In this document: positions 25,988 to 36,409 of the stretch, in pieces
Layout of the letters: each line of letters opens with the position of its first letter
How positions within the stretch are numbered: the first letter of the stretch is position 1
Origin: an uncultured Candidatus Saccharibacteria bacterium
GTDB taxonomy: Bacteria; Patescibacteriota; Minisyncoccia; Phycocordibacterales; Phycocordibacteraceae
Direction: 5' to 3'
DNA length: 64,000 nt
Assembly: GCA_964652615.1 (NCBI GenBank)
Contig: CAZZAT010000002.1
Location: forward strand, 7,296-71,295
Notes under the pieces: model-generated
Seen by the model: only the letters and a program-made list of their open reading frames with translations
Database searches by the model: none
What the model was told of the DNA's origin: nothing
Made by a program: the position numbers and the translations under genes

Positions 25988-26662
25988 CTACGCAATTTTC
26001 AGCGTCTCTTTATTGTAAGCATCCGCTCTTTCTCGCGCCGCTTTTCCTGCACGCTCGGAGCGAGCAAAATGCTCCTCGATAAAAGCTCTGCCAGCTTTAC
26101 GGCCAAGCCACCACATAAGAGCATCCACAGCTACTCGGTCACGAAGAGTCGTTTCTTCAGGGTCGTGCCAGCAAGAATTGAACGGAAGAACCGTTCCTGT
26201 ATGGCCATCCTTGCACTTTTCACTACATATGTGCGTGAAGTGCATAACCATGTCATGAGATTCCCGCTTAAACAGGAGCGAGAACACTCTTTCAGGATGT
26301 GCTTCTTTAGAGCGGTACGCATCCAAAAGAAAACTGTTCCCGATATTCGTGCCAAGCCACTGCACTGTTGTCGACACGAGAGCGATGTCTCTGCTGTTGT
26401 ACGGCCGACCTTTGAATTCGAAGTCAGGCTTGAAGCGTCCCGTAAGCGTTCCCATTCCTGGGAGGATGCGGTGGATAATAACTTCAAGAGGGGTCGGTTC
26501 GGGAGCGTCAACGCGATGCGCGCGCTCCCACTGCTTTGCGATAACTCGCTCCGCATTGAACCCTCCGTATTCGGGTTTAGGTTCAAAGGCAAGTCTCTCC
26601 ACGTAGCGGGGAAAGACGAAACCATAGGGAGCGAGCGATTTGGTCGCTAGCGGATGTCGCAT
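25988..26662 (-). CDS. Hypothetical protein (224 aa)
   Basis: ORF with His/Cys-containing motifs (HFTHICSEKCKDGH); no family recognised. Confidence 0.5.
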   Translation of the reverse strand: MRHPLATKSLAPYGFVFPRYVERLAFEPKPEYGGFNAERVIAKQWERAHRVDAPEPTPLEVIIHRILPGMGTLTGRFKPDFEFKGRPYNSRDIALVSTTVQWLGTNIGNSFLLDAYRSKEAHPERVFSLLFKRESHDMVMHFTHICSEKCKDGHTGTVLPFNSCWHDPEETTLRDRVAVDALMWWLGRKAGRAFIEEHFARSERAGKAARERADAYNKETLKIA

Positions 26663-26798
26663 GTGAATGTTCCTTTCTGCTTATCCGGCGGGACTATAGC
26701 ACAGAACAAAAAAGAGGCTATTGTACCAGCAAAAAAGCAAGTATTGCAGAACACACTCCTTTCTGTACAGTGCGGGAGGGAAACAAAAGGAGAAGACA

Positions 26799-27116
26799 AT
26801 GGAAGAGCCTGAAGTTCTATCCGATGAGCGGTTTGCCGAGTTGTTTGGTTTTTGTCCTGTACGTCACACGAAAGAGCAAAAAGAAAAGGCCAGAGAGGTT
26901 AACTTACTTCTTGACGCTGTCTCTGATGAGCTTTCGATACCTGATCGATACTTTTTCGAGATTACTAGAAGGGAGGAAGAATACACTCAGTTTCTTTCTC
27001 GCGTGATCAATTGCCCCGAAGACATTATACGGAGGGCGCAGCATATGCTGAAACCTGATTCTCCAGAAAGACGAAGCCTGGCGCTCATACAAGCCTTTCG
27101 GAAGGGCAAGCGATAG
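26799..27116 (+). CDS. Hypothetical protein (105 aa)
   Basis: The ATG at 26799 follows AAAGGAGAAG; no domain recognised. Confidence 0.5.
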   Translation: MEEPEVLSDERFAELFGFCPVRHTKEQKEKAREVNLLLDAVSDELSIPDRYFFEITRREEEYTQFLSRVINCPEDIIRRAQHMLKPDSPERRSLALIQAFRKGKR

Positions 27117-27120
27117 GTAA

Positions 27121-27151
27121 AGAACCAGCGTTAAAACGCTGGTTCTTTTCA
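27121..27151 (+). terminator. Intrinsic terminator
   Basis: aagaaccagcg-ttaaaa-cgctggttctt followed by ttc. Confidence 0.65.
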
Positions 27152-27167
27152 TATCCCCAACTCTCCT

Positions 27168-27196
27168 TGACGCCCTCGTATAGTGGGCATATACTC
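27168..27196 (+). promoter_or_regulatory. Putative rpoBC promoter
   Basis: TTGACG, a 17-nt spacer, then TATACT; a structured leader of about 150 nt lies between it and the rpoB ATG. Confidence 0.45.
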
Positions 27197-27351
27197 CTCC
27201 ATACCAGAACAGATTGAGTGGCGGCGGCACTCTGGCGGGCGACATACGAAGATTTTTAGAAGCGTCCCGGGAAACCGGAACGCGGCTCGTTGCGCACGAG
27301 CCCATTTGGCGTTTCCATGCCTCACTATTACTACACTGACGTATTCACCAC

Positions 27352-30300
27352 ATGAAGACCAACAAAGCCCTCCCGCAGAAGACCTTTGCTGCGTACCAGA
27401 AGCCCCGTGTTGCGTTCCCTGACCTCGTTGCCCACCAGCGCGATTCATTTGAATGGCTTGTGAAGGAGGGCCTTGCCGAACTCTTTAAGGAGTTCTCTCC
27501 AATACCAGACTACTCTGGAAAGAAGTTCGAGCTTCGCTTCGATGGCTTTGAGCTTGGTGAGCCTAAATGCGATATAGACTTCGCACGCGACAACATGCGC
27601 ACCTACGAAGTGCCGGTGAAGGCGCAAGTGACGCTCTTGAACAAGACGCTTGGAACCGAGAAGTCGCAGGACCTCTTCCTCGCTGATCTTCCTATGATGA
27701 CCCCGCACGGGTCCTTTATCGTATCTGGCGTTGAGCGCGCCATCGTCCCCCAGCTTGCGCGAAGCTTCGGGGCGTTCTTCATTTCTGAAGATATAAAAGG
27801 CAAGCAGTTCTTCGGTGCAAAAATCATTCCCGCACGCGGCGTCTGGATTGAAATAGACTCTGAAGCAGACGGCGCTATCTTCGTGAAGATAGACCGCAAG
27901 CGCAAGTTCCCAATCACCAACCTTCTCTCGGTATTTGGCGCAGGCGTTGGCGAAGAGCTTGCAAAGCACTTCAAGGGCGATAAGGTTGCGCTCGCAGCGC
28001 TTGCCGCAACCCGTGCGCACGACACAACTGAATCAGTCGAAGATGCATACGTTGAAATACACCGCCGCATGCGCGATGGGGATCTTGCTACCGCAGACAA
28101 CGCAAAGTCGTACGTTAAACAGCTCTTTGCTGCTGAACGCTATGACCTTTCTAAAGTAGGTCGCCACCGCTTGAACCAGCGCTTTGCGCTTCCTACCGAT
28201 GCAAAGGCTCTCAAAGAGCGCGCACTCACTCTCCCTGACCTTATCCGCATCGTCGCTGAAATCGCACGCTTGAACGTAACGCCAAACTCGGTTCCAGACG
28301 ATATCGACCACCTTGGCTTCCGCCGCGTTCGTTTCGTCGGGGAACTCCTACAGGCCCGCATGCGTGTGGGTATGTCGCGCATGAAGCGCAATATCCAAGA
28401 TCGCATGTCGACTATTGAGAGCGAGACCGCGCTCCCTATGGCGCTCGTGAACCCGCGTCCGCTTCAGGCATCTATTCGCGAATTCTTCACCGCAAACCAG
28501 CTCTCGCAGTTCATGGATCAGCAGAACATCCTTGCTGAACTTGAAAGCATGCGCACCCTCTCCGCTCTCGGCCCTGGAGGCCTTACCCGTGAGCGCGCCG
28601 GCTTTGAGGTGCGCGACGTGCATCCGTCGCATTACGGACGCCTCTGTCCTATTCACACACCTGAAGGAGCGAACATCGGCCTTATCCTTCGCATGGCGCT
28701 TCACTGCCGCACTAACGAATTCGGCGTCATCGAAACTCCCTACGCTGTCGTAAAGAAAGGCGTGGTAACAGAGGAAGTGGTGCACTTGAACGCTCTTGAA
28801 GAGGAGAACCAGATCATCGTGCACGCTGCAACGCCAGTAGATGAGAAGGGACGCATCGTTCCTGAAATGGTGGAGGCGCGCCGCAACGGTGAGCCAGCAG
28901 TTGTCTCACGCGATGAGGTTACCCTTATCGACGCTTCGACATACCAGATGTTCTCTGCTGCAACTGCAATGATTCCGTTCGTTGACCACGACGACGCAAA
29001 CCGCGCACTCATGGGTTCAAACATGCAGAAGCAGGCAACTCCTGTGCTTATTCCTGAAGCACCGCTTGTTGCTACGGGCATCGAAGAGCATGCAGCACGC
29101 AACACTGGCCGCCTCATCCTTGCTGAAGAAGCAGGCGACGTCACGTATGTTGATGCAAAGAAGATTATCGTCACGAACAAGGATAATAAGAAGAGGGAGT
29201 ACCGCCTTCAGGAACTCATTCAGACCAACCAGAACTCCGCACAGCGCCAGCGTCCGGCTGTCTCTACCGGCGACAAGGTGAAGAAGGGTGAAGTCTTGGC
29301 GGACGCTTCAAGTTCCGCACATGGTCAGATGGCGCTCGGGCAAAACGTGCGCGTCGCCTTCATGAGCTGGTCTGGCGCAAACTACGAAGACGCCATCATC
29401 GTCTCCGAGCGCCTTGTGCAGCAGTCTAAGTTCACCACTATCCATATCGAAGACTTCGAGTGCGCCGTGCGCGACACCAAGCTCGGTCCTGAAGTAACAA
29501 CGCACGACATTCCAAACGTCGGAGAACTTCGTTTGAAGAACCTTGATGAGGATGGCGTCATTCGTATCGGTGCAGAAGTGCGCCCTGGCGACATTCTTGT
29601 CGGAAAGGTAACGCCAAAGGGCGAGACCCAGCTTACTCCTGAAGAGCGCCTCCTTCGCTCTATCTTCGGCGATAAGGCAAAGGACGTGAAAGATACCTCG
29701 CTTCGCATGGAAGGCGGCAAGCGTGGTCGTGTCATTGGCGTGAAGGTTTTCTCACGCGAACAGGGCGATCAGCTTGAAAGCGGCATCATCAAGAAGATTG
29801 TCGTAACAGTTGCGCAGGTACGAAACGTCTCCGTGGGAGACAAGCTTGCCGGACGCCACGGAAACAAGGGCGTTATCTCCCGCGTGCTTCCTGCTGAAGA
29901 GATGCCATACGACAAGGATGGTAATCCGGTTGACGTTATCTTGACGCCCCTTGGCGTGCCGTCTCGTATGAACCTTGGTCAGATTCTTGAAATGCATCTT
30001 GGTCTTGCAGCAAATGCGCTTAACTATCAGGCAGTGGTTCCGCCGTTTGCAGGCGCAACCTCTGATGAAATTCGCGATGAGCTTGTTGCGGCGGGCTTTG
30101 ACCGTTCCGGCAAGATGCAGCTCTTTGACGGCCGTACCGGCGAAGCATTCGCACAGCCTATTTCAGTCGGATACATGTACATCTTGAAACTCCATCACAT
30201 GGTGGAGGACAAGATCCATATGCGCTCCATTGGTCCGTACTCGCTCATCACCCAGCAGCCGCTTGGCGGAAAAGCACAAAACGGTGGTCAGCGCTTTGGA

Positions 30301-30534
30301 GAAATGGAAGTGTGGGCGCTCCTTGGCTACGGCAGCGCCTATACCCTTCGCGAAATGCTTACCATCAAGTCTGACGATATCCAGGGCCGCTCGGCTACCT
30401 TCGATGCGATTGTGAAGGGCGAGTCGGTCGTGCATTCTGGCACCCCTGCTTCGTTCTCCGTACTTACTAACCAAATCCGCGGCCTTGCGCTTGATATCGA
30501 GCCTATGGAGCGTCCTAACGACGTTGACGCGTAA
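27352..30534 (+). CDS. rpoB: RNA polymerase beta subunit
   Basis: Full-length collinear RpoB conserved regions (for example GSFIVSGVERAIV, NMQRQA-like and the C-terminal motifs); 1060 aa. Confidence 0.95.
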   Translation: MKTNKALPQKTFAAYQKPRVAFPDLVAHQRDSFEWLVKEGLAELFKEFSPIPDYSGKKFELRFDGFELGEPKCDIDFARDNMRTYEVPVKAQVTLLNKTLGTEKSQDLFLADLPMMTPHGSFIVSGVERAIVPQLARSFGAFFISEDIKGKQFFGAKIIPARGVWIEIDSEADGAIFVKIDRKRKFPITNLLSVFGAGVGEELAKHFKGDKVALAALAATRAHDTTESVEDAYVEIHRRMRDGDLATADNAKSYVKQLFAAERYDLSKVGRHRLNQRFALPTDAKALKERALTLPDLIRIVAEIARLNVTPNSVPDDIDHLGFRRVRFVGELLQARMRVGMSRMKRNIQDRMSTIESETALPMALVNPRPLQASIREFFTANQLSQFMDQQNILAELESMRTLSALGPGGLTRERAGFEVRDVHPSHYGRLCPIHTPEGANIGLILRMALHCRTNEFGVIETPYAVVKKGVVTEEVVHLNALEEENQIIVHAATPVDEKGRIVPEMVEARRNGEPAVVSRDEVTLIDASTYQMFSAATAMIPFVDHDDANRALMGSNMQKQATPVLIPEAPLVATGIEEHAARNTGRLILAEEAGDVTYVDAKKIIVTNKDNKKREYRLQELIQTNQNSAQRQRPAVSTGDKVKKGEVLADASSSAHGQMALGQNVRVAFMSWSGANYEDAIIVSERLVQQSKFTTIHIEDFECAVRDTKLGPEVTTHDIPNVGELRLKNLDEDGVIRIGAEVRPGDILVGKVTPKGETQLTPEERLLRSIFGDKAKDVKDTSLRMEGGKRGRVIGVKVFSREQGDQLESGIIKKIVVTVAQVRNVSVGDKLAGRHGNKGVISRVLPAEEMPYDKDGNPVDVILTPLGVPSRMNLGQILEMHLGLAANALNYQAVVPPFAGATSDEIRDELVAAGFDRSGKMQLFDGRTGEAFAQPISVGYMYILKLHHMVEDKIHMRSIGPYSLITQQPLGGKAQNGGQRFGEMEVWALLGYGSAYTLREMLTIKSDDIQGRSATFDAIVKGESVVHSGTPASFSVLTNQIRGLALDIEPMERPNDVDA

Positions 30535-30545
30535 CTTCCACGACT

Positions 30546-33500
30546 ATGCCTACCTCACGAAACGATTCTGCAAAGCCGTTTGGCCGCCGTCCGCAGGGAC
30601 CCCGCCAAGACTGGAACGCATTGCGCCTTTCGCTCGCGTCTCCCGAGCGCATCCTTGAATGGTCGCGTGGTGAAATCACGAAGCCAGAAACCATTAACTA
30701 CCGCACCCAGCGCTCTGAAAAGCACGGACTTTTCGACGAAAAGATCTTCGGTCCTGAACGCGATTACGAATGCTACTGCGGTAAGTACAAGGGTATCCGC
30801 TATAAGGGCATCACGTGCGATAAGTGTGGTGTTGAAATAACCCGCTCCATCGTGCGCCGCGAGCGCATGGGCCACATCGAGCTTGTTACCCCTGTCGCAC
30901 ACATCTGGTTCTTGCGCTCCATGCCAAGCCGCATGGCGCTTGTCCTTGGTATTCCTTCGGGCGATCTTGAGAAGGTTGTCTACTTCGCTGGCTACATCAT
31001 CACGAAAGTGAATGAAGACGTGAAGAAGCGACTTCTCTCCGAGCTTGAAGGCGAGTACAAGACCAAGCACAAGGCAGCGAAAAACGACAAGGAGCGCGAT
31101 GCACTCAAAGAGCGCATGACGCTTGCAAAGGGTGAAATCGATTCCGTCATTGTCGGCAAGGTCTTCGATGAAATCGCCTACCACCGCTTCTCGGTGAAGT
31201 ACGGAACCTTGTTTGAGGCGAAGATAGGCGCGGAAGCCATTTACGATATTTTCCGCAACATTAACCTTGAGGACTTGAAGAGCACTCTTGAAGCCCGCTA
31301 CCAGAATGCAGCGTCTGCCGAGCGCGAGAAGCTTGCAAAGCGCATTTCACTCTTGGCTTCTATGATTGCATCGAAGGTGCGTCCTGAATGGATGTTCATG
31401 ACGAAGATTCCAGTTATTCCGCCAGCACTTCGTCCGATGGTCGCGCTTGATGGCGGCCGCCATGCAACGTCAGACGTAAACGACCTCTATCGTCGTGTGA
31501 TTAACCGCAATAACCGCTTGCGCAAGCTTCTTGATATTCATGCGCCAGAAGTCATCTTGCGCAACGAGAAGCGCATCTTGCAGGAAGCAGTTGACGCTCT
31601 CCTTGATAACTCTATTCGCAAGTCGGGAGCTTCAGGAGGTGCGCTCACCCCAAGCCAGCGCCGCCCGCTCAAGTCTCTTGCAGACTACCTGAAGGGTAAG
31701 CAGGGTTATTTCCGCCAGAACCTTCTTGGAAAGCGCGTCGACTACTCTGGCCGCTCCGTTATCGTCGTTGGTCCTGACCTTGAGCTTGATGAATGCGGTA
31801 TTCCAAAGCACATGGCGCTCGAGCTCTTCCGTCCGTTTGTTATTGCAGGCCTCCTTGAGCGCGAGCTTGCCTTCAACATCCGCGGTGCAGGACGCCTTAT
31901 CGAAGACAGCGTGCCTGAAGTCTGGGAAATTCTTGAAGAAAAGATCCAGGGCAAGTATGTCCTCTTAAACCGCGCGCCAACGCTTCACCGCCAAGGTATC
32001 CAGGCATTTCGTCCGCGCCTTATCGAAGGTGATGCTATCCAGCTTCATCCGCTTGTCTGTCCTGCCTTTAACGCAGACTTCGACGGCGACCAGATGGCTA
32101 TTCACGTGCCGCTTTCAGAAGAAGCGCAGTGGGAGGCACGCGAAGTGATGAGTGCAAACAAGAACATCTTGAAGCCAGGTTCTGGAGCTCCTGTTATTGC
32201 AACCTCGCACGATATCGCGCTTGGCTGCTACTGGCTTACGAAAGTCATTGAAGGAGCAAAGGGCGAAGGCTCGCACTTCCCATCGCCAAACGCCGCTATC
32301 CTCGCTCATGACTACGGCGCTGTCGATCTTCGCGCAAAAGTCTCTATCTTGCCGATGCAGGATAAGGCGAAGTACGCAGGCTTTGACGGAAAGATCTTCG
32401 AGACTACGGTTGGCCGCCTTCTCTTCAACACGGTTCTTCCTTCTGACTATCCGTACGTCAATGACGCTATTACGAAGAAAGTCTTCGGCAATATCATTAA
32501 GGACTGCATCGTCCGCTACGGTCTCGATCGCATTCCGGACATTGTGAACAAGATTAAGGAGTTCGGCTTCGAGTACGCAACAAAGTCCGGTATCACGTGG
32601 AGTTTGGACGACGTATCCGTTCCTTCCGAGAAGGAAGCAGTGGTTGCCGCAGCGCGCACCAAGGTAGAGCGCCTTGAGAATGACTTCAAGGAAGGTCTTC
32701 TTTCTGAAGAAGAGAAGCGCCGCATCGTCATTGAAACGTGGCACGGCACCAAGACTGAAGTCGAGAAGCTTGTCGATAAGGGATTGAACCCAAAGAGTCC
32801 GGTGTCTGACATCATCAGCTCTGGTGCCCGCGGTTCTATCGGCAACCTTACCCAGATGGTTGGTATGAAGGGTCTTATCCAGAGCACCTCAGGAGAGACC
32901 ATCGAGCTTCCTATCGTTTCATCCATGATGGAAGGCTTGAACCCGATTGAATACTTCATGTCGACCCACGGTTCTCGCAAAGGTTTGACTGACACTGCGC
33001 TTGGAACGGCACGCGCCGGCTACCTTACCCGCCGTCTCTTCGACGTTGCGCAGGACTCTATCGTCACTGAAGCTGACTGTGGTACGAAGAAGGGTATTAA
33101 CATCGGACGCGTTTCTGCTTCTGGTATCACGATTGACTTTGCTGAAGCAATACGCGGACGCGTACTTGCTGAAAGCGTTGGCGAGTTGAAGCGCGGAACA
33201 TACCTCTCTGCAGATGATGCAAAGGCACTTGCTAGCGATGAGAGCATCACGAGCGTTCCGGTGCGTTCTCCGATGAGCTGTGAGACACGCTTTGGTATCT
33301 GTGCAGCCTGCTACGGTATGGATCTCACCACGCAGGAAATCGTCGATCTTGGTGAAGCAGTGGGAACTGTTGCTGCTCAAGCAATTGGCGAGCCAGGAAC
33401 CCAGCTCACTATGCGTACCTTCCATGCCGGCGGTACCGCATCAGTTGGTGGCGACATCACCTCTGGTCTTCCACGCGTTGAAGAAGTACTTGAAAAGCGT

Positions 33501-34304
33501 ACACCGAAAGTGCCAGCAGTCGTTTCAAAGACTGACGGCATGGTGGTTGAAATCAAAGAAGAAGGACGCGAGAAGTACATCGTAGTTGCGCACGAAGCAG
33601 GGCAGAGCGCGAAGAAGTCCACGAAGAAAGCTAAGAACACCGAGGAAGCTATTGAGTACCTCGTCACGTATCCGCGCATGCCGCTTGTGAAAGCAGGAAG
33701 CGCAGTCAAAAAGGGCCAGCTCTTGACTGACGGTTCTGCAGATCTTGATGAGCTCTTTGAGTTCGCAGGACGTGCAGCAACCCAGGAATACATCATTGCT
33801 GAAACCTCTAAGATTTATGAACTCCAAGGAGCTTCCGTGTCCCGCAAGCACCTTGAAGTCGTAGTGAAGCAGATGTTCTCGCGCATGAAAGTAACGGATG
33901 TAGGAGACTCTGATTATTCGGTAGGGGATGTCCTTGAAGACTGGGAATACAACGAGGCAGTGAAGACAGCTGAAGCGGAAGGGAAGCTTCCGGTGAAGGC
34001 TCGCGAGATGGTGCTCGGTATCAAGGAGTCTGCGCTCTCGCGCCGTTCCTTCCTCTCCGCAGCATCCTTCGAGCAGACAACGAAGATTCTCATCGGTGCA
34101 GCCTTGAAGGGCTCTGTCGATACGCTTCGCGGTCTTAAGGAGAACGTTATCCTTGGTCGCCTCATTCCTGCTGGTACTGGCTTTGCAGGCTCTAAAAAGC
34201 GCACTGCTATCGAAGGCCTCCAGAAGGAGCGCGAGGCAGAGCGCATGGAGCGTGCTTCAGAAGATGCGCCTGTGGGTGTTACCGAGCTTGGTGCACGTCG
34301 GTAA
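30546..34304 (+). CDS. rpoC: RNA polymerase beta' subunit
   Basis: A zinc-binding CYCGKYKGIRYKGITCDKCG region, the NADFDGDQM catalytic motif, and a trigger loop or helix region; 1252 aa. Confidence 0.95.
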   Translation: MPTSRNDSAKPFGRRPQGPRQDWNALRLSLASPERILEWSRGEITKPETINYRTQRSEKHGLFDEKIFGPERDYECYCGKYKGIRYKGITCDKCGVEITRSIVRRERMGHIELVTPVAHIWFLRSMPSRMALVLGIPSGDLEKVVYFAGYIITKVNEDVKKRLLSELEGEYKTKHKAAKNDKERDALKERMTLAKGEIDSVIVGKVFDEIAYHRFSVKYGTLFEAKIGAEAIYDIFRNINLEDLKSTLEARYQNAASAEREKLAKRISLLASMIASKVRPEWMFMTKIPVIPPALRPMVALDGGRHATSDVNDLYRRVINRNNRLRKLLDIHAPEVILRNEKRILQEAVDALLDNSIRKSGASGGALTPSQRRPLKSLADYLKGKQGYFRQNLLGKRVDYSGRSVIVVGPDLELDECGIPKHMALELFRPFVIAGLLERELAFNIRGAGRLIEDSVPEVWEILEEKIQGKYVLLNRAPTLHRQGIQAFRPRLIEGDAIQLHPLVCPAFNADFDGDQMAIHVPLSEEAQWEAREVMSANKNILKPGSGAPVIATSHDIALGCYWLTKVIEGAKGEGSHFPSPNAAILAHDYGAVDLRAKVSILPMQDKAKYAGFDGKIFETTVGRLLFNTVLPSDYPYVNDAITKKVFGNIIKDCIVRYGLDRIPDIVNKIKEFGFEYATKSGITWSLDDVSVPSEKEAVVAAARTKVERLENDFKEGLLSEEEKRRIVIETWHGTKTEVEKLVDKGLNPKSPVSDIISSGARGSIGNLTQMVGMKGLIQSTSGETIELPIVSSMMEGLNPIEYFMSTHGSRKGLTDTALGTARAGYLTRRLFDVAQDSIVTEADCGTKKGINIGRVSASGITIDFAEAIRGRVLAESVGELKRGTYLSADDAKALASDESITSVPVRSPMSCETRFGICAACYGMDLTTQEIVDLGEAVGTVAAQAIGEPGTQLTMRTFHAGGTASVGGDITSGLPRVEEVLEKRTPKVPAVVSKTDGMVVEIKEEGREKYIVVAHEAGQSAKKSTKKAKNTEEAIEYLVTYPRMPLVKAGSAVKKGQLLTDGSADLDELFEFAGRAATQEYIIAETSKIYELQGASVSRKHLEVVVKQMFSRMKVTDVGDSDYSVGDVLEDWEYNEAVKTAEAEGKLPVKAREMVLGIKESALSRRSFLSAASFEQTTKILIGAALKGSVDTLRGLKENVILGRLIPAGTGFAGSKKRTAIEGLQKEREAERMERASEDAPVGVTELGARR

Positions 34305-34330
34305 GAGATAGCGGAGATATATACAAGAAT

Positions 34331-34357
34331 CGCGGCCACCTTTTTGAGGTGGCCGCG
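34331..34357. terminator. Hairpin after rpoC
   Basis: cgcggccacct-ttttg-aggtggccgcg. Confidence 0.45.
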
Positions 34358-34363
34358 GGTCGT

Positions 34364-34609
34364 TTAGTCTTTTCGTTGCCAGTGAGTCCACTGCATGTGG
34401 TGTCCAAGTGGCACGTACGTTGCGATCACGACGCCAAAAAAAGCGAGGACTGCACCCAAGGCTGCGGACGCGCCCTCTGCTTCGACGAAAAGTTTCGTGC
34501 CGAACAAAATCAGAAGGGTCGCCATGGCCGTCGATGCAAGTAAGGCCCATCGAGCCCAGACTGGAACCACTGCTTCTTTGTCGTCAAGAACAGCACTTTC
34601 TTCGGCCAT
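34364..34609 (-). CDS. Small membrane protein (81 aa, 2 TM)
   Basis: An internal ATG after GAGGAG; hydrophobic. Confidence 0.45.
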   Translation of the reverse strand: MAEESAVLDDKEAVVPVWARWALLASTAMATLLILFGTKLFVEAEGASAALGAVLAFFGVVIATYVPLGHHMQWTHWQRKD

Positions 34610-34727
34610 CAGATTTCTCCTCAATAAGCCGGTTAGTGAAGATTTAATAATACCATATATATTAATTTTATGCAAGTTCTCGTAAAACGCTAGCAGGGAT
34701 ACGCTAAACGCTATAAGCTATGCAGTA

Positions 34728-36389
34728 ATGGCCGACACCGCGCAGAAAATAAAGGAAAAGCTCTCCATCGTAGACGTGGTGTCACCCTACGTGAAGCTCG
34801 TCAAAGCAGGACGCTACTACAAAGGTCTCTCTCCCTTTAATAAGGAGAAGACCCCCTCTTTTTATGTAAACCCCGAGCGCGGCAGCTACTACTGCTTCTC
34901 CTCAAGCCAAGGAGGCGACCATTTCACCTTCATCGAAAAGATGGAAGGACTCGACTTCAAAGGAGCTTTGAAGGTACTTGCCGAGAAAGCGGGCGTACCG
35001 CTTGAGTACTCGGCAGGGAAGAAGAATACCGAGAAGACAGATCGTCTTCGAGAAGCGATGGCGCGCGCCGAAGCCTTTTACATGCGAAACCTTGATGAGA
35101 AAGGAGAGGCATATCAGTACGCTCTTTCACGCGGCCTCACCAAGGAAACCATTACTGCGTGGAGCATCGGCTACGCTCCTGATGGCTGGCGAACTCTCCT
35201 TGAAGAGCTAACCGCCGCAGGCTTCACCATCGAGGAACTCGTTGCCGCAGGCCTTATCAAAGAAGCAGACGGCAAGCAGGGCACCTACTACGACCGCTTC
35301 AGAAACCGCCTCATGTTTCCTCTAAAAGACAGCGCTGGCAGAACCGTCGCATTCTCTGGCCGAGCGCTTTCTCCTGAAGATCCGGCAAAGTATTTGAATA
35401 GCCCTGAAACAGAGCTCTTCAAGAAGTCAGAAGTTCTCTTTGGCATGCACTTTGCAAAAGATGCGATACGCACGAGGGGATTTGCGCTTCTTGTTGAAGG
35501 ACAGTTCGATCTCGTGCTCCTGCATCAGATTGGATTCGGGAATGCTATCGCCCTTTCAGGAACTGCTCTGTCAGACACGCACCTTTCGCTCGTCAAACGA
35601 TATGCGGACAATCTGATGCTTGCCTTAGACGGCGATCGCGCAGGTCTTGCTGCAAGCGCAAAGAACGCACACGCAGCACTTCGCTCCGGCATGCGCGTCA
35701 AGGCAGTCAGATTGCCGCTCGGGAAAGACCCTGCAGATCTTGCAAAAGACACTCCGCAAGACCTCACCCGAAGAATTAAGGAAGCAGAGCCCATTGTTGA
35801 GTTCTTCCTCTCGGTACTTGCTTCGTCTGAAAGCGATCAGCATCGGCTTGTCGTTGCATCAGAGCGACTGGTGCTTCCGCTTATCCGCGCCATGAAAAGC
35901 CCTATGGAGCGGGAGCACTTCGTAAGCGTGGTTGCCCGATCGCTTGGCTCATCTGCCGAAGCGGTGCGCGCCTCTCTTGGGAAGGCTGAACCCTCTCCAG
36001 AGGTACTGTCAAAAGAGGAGAGGGAAGCGGCTCTTCCGGAAGAAACATCGCGCGCGCTCCTCATTAGAGCCACGATTGCCTGCTATCCAGACACCCTCCT
36101 TGCGAAAAGGCTCAAAGAGGAGTACGCTCGTATTACTGGAGTGTCGCTTGAGGAGACCGAGGTCCCCGAGCGCTCCCTTTTTGAGGCGGGACTTCTCTTC
36201 GGAGAGACGCCAAGCGAGAGTGCAGGAGACGACTTACTAAACGCATTCGAGCGGACGGTACTCGCCGACCGTTTACGAGAAGCAACACATGCTCTGCGCA
36301 TAGCAGAGGCAGCTAAAGACGAAGACGGCATACACAAGGCACTTGCCGCGTGCAAAGACATTTCACAAGAACTCGCTCGTCTCGCTTAA
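34728..36389 (+). CDS. dnaG: DNA primase with a degenerate zinc-binding domain
   Basis: A TOPRIM domain ([10 protein letters not shown]...LDGDRAG). In the N-terminal ZBD, positions equivalent to CPFH/CFGCG read SPFN/CFSSS, so only one of the four CHC2 ligands remains. Confidence 0.9.
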   Translation: MADTAQKIKEKLSIVDVVSPYVKLVKAGRYYKGLSPFNKEKTPSFYVNPERGSYYCFSSSQGGDHFTFIEKMEGLDFKGALKVLAEKAGVPLEYSAGKKNTEKTDRLREAMARAEAFYMRNLDEKGEAYQYALSRGLTKETITAWSIGYAPDGWRTLLEELTAAGFTIEELVAAGLIKEADGKQGTYYDRFRNRLMFPLKDSAGRTVAFSGRALSPEDPAKYLNSPETELFKKSEVLFGMHFAKDAIRTRGFALLVEGQFDLVLLHQIGFGNAIALSGTALSDTHLSLVKRYADNLMLALDGDRAGLAASAKNAHAALRSGMRVKAVRLPLGKDPADLAKDTPQDLTRRIKEAEPIVEFFLSVLASSESDQHRLVVASERLVLPLIRAMKSPMEREHFVSVVARSLGSSAEAVRASLGKAEPSPEVLSKEEREAALPEETSRALLIRATIACYPDTLLAKRLKEEYARITGVSLEETEVPERSLFEAGLLFGETPSESAGDDLLNAFERTVLADRLREATHALRIAEAAKDEDGIHKALAACKDISQELARLA

Positions 36390-36409
36390 CTACCATTACT
36401 TTCCGTACT

